Part shown: positions 63,278 to 64,000 of the stretch, one piece after another | How positions within the stretch are numbered: position 1 is the first letter of the stretch | How the letters are laid out: each line of letters starts with the position of its first letter | Assembly (NCBI GenBank): GCA_002104905.1 | Contig: MCFE01000001.1 | Location: 62,001 to 126,000, forward strand | Length of the DNA stretch: 64,000 bases | Direction: 5' to 3' | From: Basidiobolus meristosporus CBS 931.73 | Lineage: Eukaryota > Fungi > Basidiobolomycota | The notes under the pieces: model-generated | The model's input: the letters and a program-made list of their open reading frames with translations, nothing else | The model's database searches: none | What the model was told of the DNA's origin: nothing | Made by a program: the position numbers and the translations under genes

Positions 63278-64000
63278 ATGGTATGTGCTTGCGCACTAGC
63301 GGTTTGGTAGAAGAACTGGAAAGTAATCGTTCTTTGTTGGACTTTATTTAGTTTAGAAACCAATACGATAACGACATTTCTACTTGGAGTCCACAAGGAC
63401 GTATCCATCAAGTGGAATACGCCTTGGAGGCTGTCAAACAAGGTTCAGCCGCAGTGGGTCTGCGCTCAAATACCCACGCCGTGTTGGTTGGTTTGAAAGT
63501 AAGTACAACGCCGATCTTGTGATAGCACAATGCGGACGAACCCGGATTAATGGGACGTTGCCAAACAGAGAACCCCTGGTGAGCTCGCCTCCTACCAAAA
63601 GAAATTGTACCGTGTCGATGACCACATGGGGATTGCTATCGCTGGATTGACTTCGGATGCCCGTGTCCTAAGGTATATGACATATGCAGCAACAGATCTA
63701 AGCACCACTCTCTTGTCCACAAAATTGACCTCGTTTGTAGTAACTTCATGAGAGCTGAAGCCATGAAGTCAAAGATGCTCTACAACCGCCCCCTTCCTAT
63801 TCTTCGCATCGTTTCAGCCATCGCTGACAGTAAGTGGATTTGCGTGGTATATAATGGACACTGGCTAATCGTATCTGATAATACCAGAGGCCCAAGTCAA
63901 TACTCAAAACTACGGAAACAGACCTTATGGTGTCGGATTGCTCGTGATTGGATACGATGTTCGTACTTTGCTCGTTTGTTGATTGGTTTCATGTAGCGTT
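63278..64000 (+). CDS. PRE5: 20S proteasome alpha-6 subunit (PSMA1), partial; runs off the window
   Basis: ATG-only first exon, then [51 protein letters not shown] and [11 protein letters not shown]. Confidence 0.95.

Overview
Fungal genomic DNA; an early-diverging lineage is my inference from gene content and intron style. It has two sharply different halves. (1) 1 to ~42.1 kb is an AT-rich, almost CpG-free nest of transposons: two decayed Ty1/copia elements, one near-intact copia (22332-27012: 348-bp LTRs, CTGGC TSD, half-tRNA-Met PBS), several Ty3/gypsy remnants and solo LTRs, three pieces of a CACTA-type (Transposase_21-like) unit, a 732-bp foldback MITE, and a 3383-bp PIF/Harbinger-type (PHIS) element. 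That element's intact transposase ORF has no CpG, while its CpG-rich partner ORF carries two TGA stops that look like CGA>TGA. (2) ~42.1 to 64 kb is a dense CpG-rich gene island: CLA4-type PAK kinase, delta-8 sphingolipid desaturase, SIT4/PP6, an unannotated 83-aa V-ATPase subunit f/RNASEK-like gene, a histidine phosphatase, OCRL-like 5-phosphatase, NDUFB3, LTV1, aspartyl aminopeptidase, a chitin-synthase-like gene and PRE5 (partial). The best candidates for new biology are the chitin-synthase-like gene, which has lost QXXEY, EDR, QRRRW and SWG but keeps an intact 1132-aa frame; the CpG-free transposase beside a CpG-rich partner; and one TIR family (AGACTTGTTCC) shared by a Harbinger-type element, a foldback MITE and a 7.5-kb unit carrying a CACTA-type transposase. 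All alignments and counts were done by eye, with no database searches. No tRNA, rRNA or CRISPR array was seen.
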